The position numbers were made by a program, and so were the translations under genes. DNA of 64,000 bases from Podarcis tiliguerta (taxonomy: Eukaryota), in NCBI GenBank assembly GCA_965153285.1, contig OZ229121.1; one strand, given 5' to 3'. Of this stretch, positions 58,651 to 64,000 are shown piece after piece; within the stretch, counting starts at the first letter, position 1, and the number at the start of each line of letters is the position of its first letter. The notes beneath the pieces are model-generated. The model had not been told where the DNA came from. It did no database searches and saw only the letters and a list, made by a program, of their open reading frames with translations.

Positions 58651-59524
58651 GGCTAGCCTACCAAGCCACAAAAAGTGGAACACCAGCCAGCCCCAACCCT
58701 ATTTTATCTCTTAATCTGACCAGGAGGTATCTGTCTGTTCTTTGGAGAGTGATCAGTACTTTAACTCCCAATCGGGAGACAAAATCTCTCTGCCTGCCCT
58801 TCAGAGATCCACTCTAAAGAACAGTCAGAGGGATCTTTAACCTCTGGTCTCAGTACAAAACACCACAGTGCTGAAATTGCAGATAAGGCTTTTTCCTGCT
58901 CTTTTAATCTTAAAAGATCAGATGCAGGGCTTATCTCTGATCTTAACTGTTGTGGTACCTTGCATTGAGATCATAGATAAAAGATCCCTCTTTCTGCACT
59001 TTAGAGATCCCCCTAGGTATCCTTTATCTCAGCCCTAAGCACCACACCATTTAAACTGGACAAGAAGCCTGCCTGCTCTTTCAGACTAAAAGACAAGATT
59101 TCCGCTGTACCACAACCCCAGAATGATCTGTGCAAAAATAAAACGTAGAGTTTCCAGCCACTCCCATCCCAGTGCTTGAATTGGGGAGGACTGGAAATAC
59201 CAATTGTGCCTGTGTTTGTTTGCATGTGTGTTTGTGTATGAGATGTGCACGTATGTCTGTATGTGAGAGTGAGGGAGCGAAAGAAAGAGAGGGGGAGCGA
59301 GAGAGGGAGAGGGAGTGCTGTGTGCCTGCATGTCCAGTTATTGTGGGTATTGCATATTTATTATTACATTTATTTCCCACTTTTTTTCCAGAAGCCCAAA
59401 GTGATCCTCCCTCTTCCCATGTTATCTTCACAACACCTCTAAGAGGTAGGTAAGGCTAAAGATACAGAGACTGAGCCAAGGTTACCCAGTGACCTTCCAG
59501 GTCCTAGTTTTACTCAGAGTAGAC

Positions 59525-59788
59525 CAGGGGTCAGCAAACTTTTTCAGCAGGGGACCAGTCCACTGTCCCTCAGACCTTGTGGGGGGGGGGGCGGATTATA
59601 TTTTGGAAAATAATAATAATAATAATGAACGAATTCCTATGCCCTACAAATAACCCAGAGATGCTTTTTAAATAAAAGGACACATTCTACTCATGTAAAA
59701 ACAAGCTGATTCCCGGACCATCCACAGGCCGGATTTAGAAGGCAATTGGGCCGGATCCGGCCCCCAAGCCTTAGTTTGCCTACCCATG
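59525..59788. mobile_element. hAT (Charlie-like) MITE
   Basis: TIRs CAGGGGTCAGCAAACT / AGTTTGCCTACCCATG. 8-bp TSD GAGTAGAC/GAGTAGAG. Confidence 0.87.
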
Positions 59789-60123
59789 GAGTAGAGTAAA
59801 CTCATGGAAATTAATGCATATTCCTTAATTTCAGTGGGTCTGCTCTCAGTAAAACTTAGTTGAACTTCATAGTAATAAAAAAAAATCTAGATTTTCTGTA
59901 ACTTTACCATGTATTTTCCACAAAGACTGGTTCTTTCATGCTACCACAGCTGCTGAGTGCTGTGCTGTTTTTAAATGAAGGGTAGCGTAAGACTTGTAAC
60001 TTACTGTGCTTAGTCCAGGTCACTTCTAATGCTAGTAAGAGCCCTTAAACACTGGAATGGGGAAACTGAGGACTCAACTACATTAGTCAAAAAACAGTGC
60101 TTTGAATGCATTATAAACATGCA

Positions 60124-60138
60124 ACACCAGATGGCGCT
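60124..60138 (+). promoter_or_regulatory. Candidate CTCF site
   Basis: ACACCAGATGGCGCT closely matches the CTCF core (CCACCAGRKGGCGC) in otherwise AT-rich, apparently unique sequence; motif match only. Confidence 0.45.
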
Positions 60139-62442
60139 GGAGAACAAACAAATTTTCTAAGCGATTTTTACATAGGTTTTCCCCCCTTTTGTTTTAACAA
60201 TTTAATTTCTGGCTTATTTATAGGTTTTTTCCTGTGTGTAGATCCACTCTAACTACGCAAGACATTTCATTCCAAGTAGAAACACAAGTAAACACTTCTT
60301 TGCATTTTTATTCCGCATTTTAAAAAAATCAGAACTAGAGCTTCAGACTTTAAGCACTTTAATTAATAGATTAACCAATGGAAGTTTTAGCTGATTGATT
60401 TGTTGTGGTTGCATTCATAAGAAATTTAAATAACCTGAGGAAAGTTAAAGGCAGCCTTGTATACATTTACAGGCAATGTTGATTGTGCTATTATTATAGC
60501 AGTAGCTATTGTTTCTTACATTTTCAACAGTTTTACATCTCCTTCAATATCTCAAAAAGACACAGTGAGGTTTTAGCAATATTTAATGACTTTCCATTTA
60601 ATTGACTGGTTTGTTTATACTCACATTACTCAAATGAAATTATTTAATCAGGTGGCAGACTTAGGCCGCTTCCAGATTGATTCAATTGTAACCGGCATTA
60701 TAAAATATCATCTTACAAAATGTATACCAGTTGTGCAATGAAAGTGCATTTGGTATTCTTGCACAACAAACCCACTTCCAAAAAAGCCAGCATTTCTGTG
60801 ATGGGAAAATGCACTAGAAAGTAAAGGATGACAGCAACTTCATCTAACCTGTGAACATACAATTTTTGTGCAAACAAATCAGGGGGAATTCTCATTAAAT
60901 AGGTCACCTGGAAGAGCCCTTAGTTGAAGCTCTTTGTCTCAAATCAGGAAGAAAAATACAACAAAACTAAAGACTATTAATCAATTCAGAATATGTCCCC
61001 CTGGCCTTAATGGGGTTCTAGTTCTTCATCCCTAACCCTTCCTGAACCCCTACCAAACAGTCCTCTCTCAGTTTATGTGCATGTTCTCCTTATCCCCTTA
61101 TTCATCTCTCTGTTTCAAGGAGTCTGCGGCAATCAACACTTCATCTTTACAGATACAGCTGCAGTTCCTCTCTTCTTCCTTTTATTTGCTCTTGTGAGCA
61201 ATGTATGGGTCACCCACGAAGTCAAGTTCACCATTTGGGAACTAATTGAATGCCATCTTGCTGTTGAATGGAGATGGCTCAAAATCAGCCCAGGCTTGTC
61301 TACTCAAAAGTAGGCGCCTTAGAGGTGAAACAGGCAGATCTTTCTCCCTGTCGGCTTGACAAAATGGGCAGACTATTAGGGTGTGACAAGCATAGCATTG
61401 TTGATGAAGAAAATGGCAGGGAGGTTCTATTCTGTATGCCCCACAATGAACCCCCTCTTTAAAATTTATTTGCATTATTCCTTCTTTTGCACAATTTGAT
61501 CCATATTTATTAATATGCAATGGTGACCACATTTTCCTTCAAATATGAAGCAATAATTATAATTCTGCTTTAAACTAAAAGGGTGGTGACTACTTTCCAT
61601 GCAGAATAAAATGCAACAGTAAGCAGACAGTGTATTTGAGAAACATTTCAGTTTCATAATGATGGTCCACAAATCCCATAATTAATTCTATAGAAACACC
61701 TGCTCTATGGCCCATCAAAGCAACATCACAATGATGTACTTTATGCATAAGATTGACACATCTTTTAAATATTAAGCTCTGTTTGGTTCTACAGTTCCAC
61801 ACATCATGCTCCCATTAATGTCAATGGGAATCATTGAGAAAAGGGGGGGAGGAATAGAATATGGTCTTTAGCAACTTTTAAAAAAAAATATTGGGGTGGG
61901 ATGGGAGACATTTCAGTACATTTATTTAATCCGTCAGCCTAGCCTAGCACATGCCTGCATCAGCTGCTGTCAATGCTTGGTCAAGCCTTAAAAACCACCA
62001 AGCTTAAGCAAACCATGACACAGTACAGAAGTAGAAAATGAAGACTGCCAACTGCTTGAAGAAAGCAAACTTTTTTAATAAAAAGAAACAACCCAAAGAA
62101 TAAAGGATTAGTGAATGCAAAAAATAATTATTTCTCCCATTTTTCTATATTAAGGAATATATGCTGTTAATTGAAAAACTGCAGTTTGGAGGTATTTTAA
62201 TAGAAGAGCGGGAATCAGCATTCCACTACACTGTCATGTGAAAAATATGTATCAAAATTAGGGTAGAGCTATTGAAAGAGCAGGGGCTTTTTTTAGCCTC
62301 CCCCTTTTTTTTTTACAATATTTGGGCCTTCTTACAGCAATCCTGTCACAACTGAGTGCATTTGTTATTACTGCAGATCATCTGAGTCTATCAGGGTTTG
62401 GGTCAAAAGGCAGGTGTTTCTCTTCCAATGTTGTTCCCTAAC

Positions 62443-62888
62443 CAGGGCCAACCTGAGACCTTTGGGGCCTGAGGCAAGGCATGACACCAATGCGCCCCCC
62501 CCCCCTGATCTGGGCCCACAATAGGAGCATGTCGGTGCACTGGCCATGCTAGGTGTTATGTACTGAAGTTCTCACCCTGGGCCAGCAGGGGGATACTGTA
62601 GATAGTTATGCAAATGAAGGATCAAAAGTGACATTCAGTGATTGGATAGTTTTAGAAAGTTGCTACAGTAACGTTGTACTGGAGCTCTATATAAGCAGGC
62701 TGACTCAGTTCTGTTCTGGCCTCTGAATAAACAAGAGCTGTTTGAAGAATCACTGTGTCGTCTGATATGTTCACCCACAACTTAACACTGGGGCAGAAAG
62801 CTAGCTTTGGGGCTGCAGGGCAGACCACGTGGTAACGTTTCTACCCATTTTACACCCCTCACTCTGCCTCATGGTAGGGCCAGCCCTG
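62443..62888. mobile_element. hAT-type MITE interrupted by a solo LTR
   Basis: Ends CAGGGCCAACC / GGCCAGCCCTG. 8-bp TSD TCCCTAAC/TCCCAAAC. Confidence 0.8.
62554..62787 (+). mobile_element. Short solo LTR (234 bp)
   Basis: TGTTA...TAACA termini and TSD CTAGG/CTGGG. TATATAA and AATAAA present in order. Confidence 0.85.
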
Positions 62889-63263
62889 TCCCAAACTACA
62901 GCCTGCATACTCTCTCTCATTCAAATTTACAGGTCCAGTTGACTTACAAATAAAATAGCTCAGATCAGCAAGTCTATTGGGGTTGGCAAAACCTCTCACA
63001 GCTACTTCCAGAGGTCTCTGCAGTGTATGAGCTGTCTCTACCTGTTATAATGGCAAATTGATTAATTGCATATAAAAGGACAAAAGGTATAGGTCTTCTT
63101 GGACATGCAGAGAGAGAGAGGTTCGTTGTGACCTCTTTGAAGAGACCAGTGATAAGGAATCATGGATCAGCTACGTAGTTATTCTATAGTACAGTGATAT
63201 TTGAACCCAAAGGGCAAGGAGCTTCTCTCTCATAACTTGCCCCCCTTGCTTGGAGGTGGATTC

Positions 63264-63506
63264 TGTTATGTATTGAAGTTCTCACCCTGGCCACCAGGAG
63301 TATTGTGTATGTAGTTTTCACTCAGGTCCATGTCAGTTATTTTAGGGGGGAAACCCTGGGTTGTTGTTGCTACATTGTTGACAGCTGGCTGCCTATAAAA
63401 GCAGGCCGGCTGAGCTGTTTGCTGTTCAGTTCTGTCCAGCTTACAAATAAAGAGCTGCTTTGGAAGAATCGCTGTGTCGTCTGCTATGTCTACCCACTAT
63501 TCAACA
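63264..63506 (+). mobile_element. Short solo LTR (243 bp), related to the 62554 copy
   Basis: TGTT...AACA termini and perfect TSD GATTC (63259-63263/63507-63511). TATAAAA and AATAAA present. Shares 5' and 3' blocks with the 62554 LTR. Confidence 0.9.
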
Positions 63507-64000
63507 GATTCCTTCTAGAATATTGACTCTGACCCACTATTCTCTCTAGAAATTAATCCTGAAACTGAAGCTCCGACCCACTTGTAAGGTTGGAAATACT
63601 TGTTTATTTTATCTTAACTAGAGATAAGGGTACCTCACAGCCACACAGCTAGGTTCAGCACACAGATTCAGCACTCCTGCATCAGCTATAAATGGGAAAG
63701 AGCACACATTCAGTTGTAATTTTTGCCAATATGCTGAATTGGCATAGGAAAAAAAGCATGAATAGTTAATTTAGTCTTGATAAGTGAAGAACCGTTTCAG
63801 TAGTGACTCCATCTAGAAATATATCCTGTTACTGCCGCTGCCCAGCAAGAGATATTTAAGAAAGTAACTGATCACCTGCTTTGGCTATCACAAGTTCACA
63901 CGCAGTTGAACATGAAGTTGCATTCTTACCAGAATATTAAAGTATTTCCCTCCATGCTACCCATAAAAATTAACAGATCATATGAAAAGTGAAATCCTAC

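Noticed and set aside
62554-63506. Two LTRs of a single miniature retrotransposon (TRIM)
   Set aside because: Each LTR has its own different TSD, the first is nested in a MITE that ends between them, and their middles differ.

Overview
Vertebrate genomic DNA, almost certainly a squamate (probably a lacertid-type lizard, judged from Sauria SINEs, BovB, CR1, L2, RTE, L1 and hAT/Tc1-mariner MITEs). The only host coding sequence I recognise is one 172-bp minus-strand exon (21880-22051, DPMIAGQVSKPLLSLRSEMNAELRGEDK...APSKLF) of the POU-homeodomain gene POU6F2 (RPF-1). It is absent from the ORF track, and the rest of the window is most likely its two large flanking introns. These contain a young 5'-truncated L1 with an intact ~1254-aa ORF2 and a 12-bp TSD, up to eight LTR or solo-LTR pieces, six Sauria SINEs, several MITEs, LINE fragments, three assembly gaps and candidate enhancers. 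The most interesting signal is that four LTRs carry an acidic/proline-rich-then-basic ORF in their 5' (U3) half. Two of these ORFs are clearly homologous as proteins and differ mostly at synonymous sites in their best-aligned blocks, and another ends in RRSARL. This suggests an LTR-encoded accessory protein family in squamate LTR retrotransposons.
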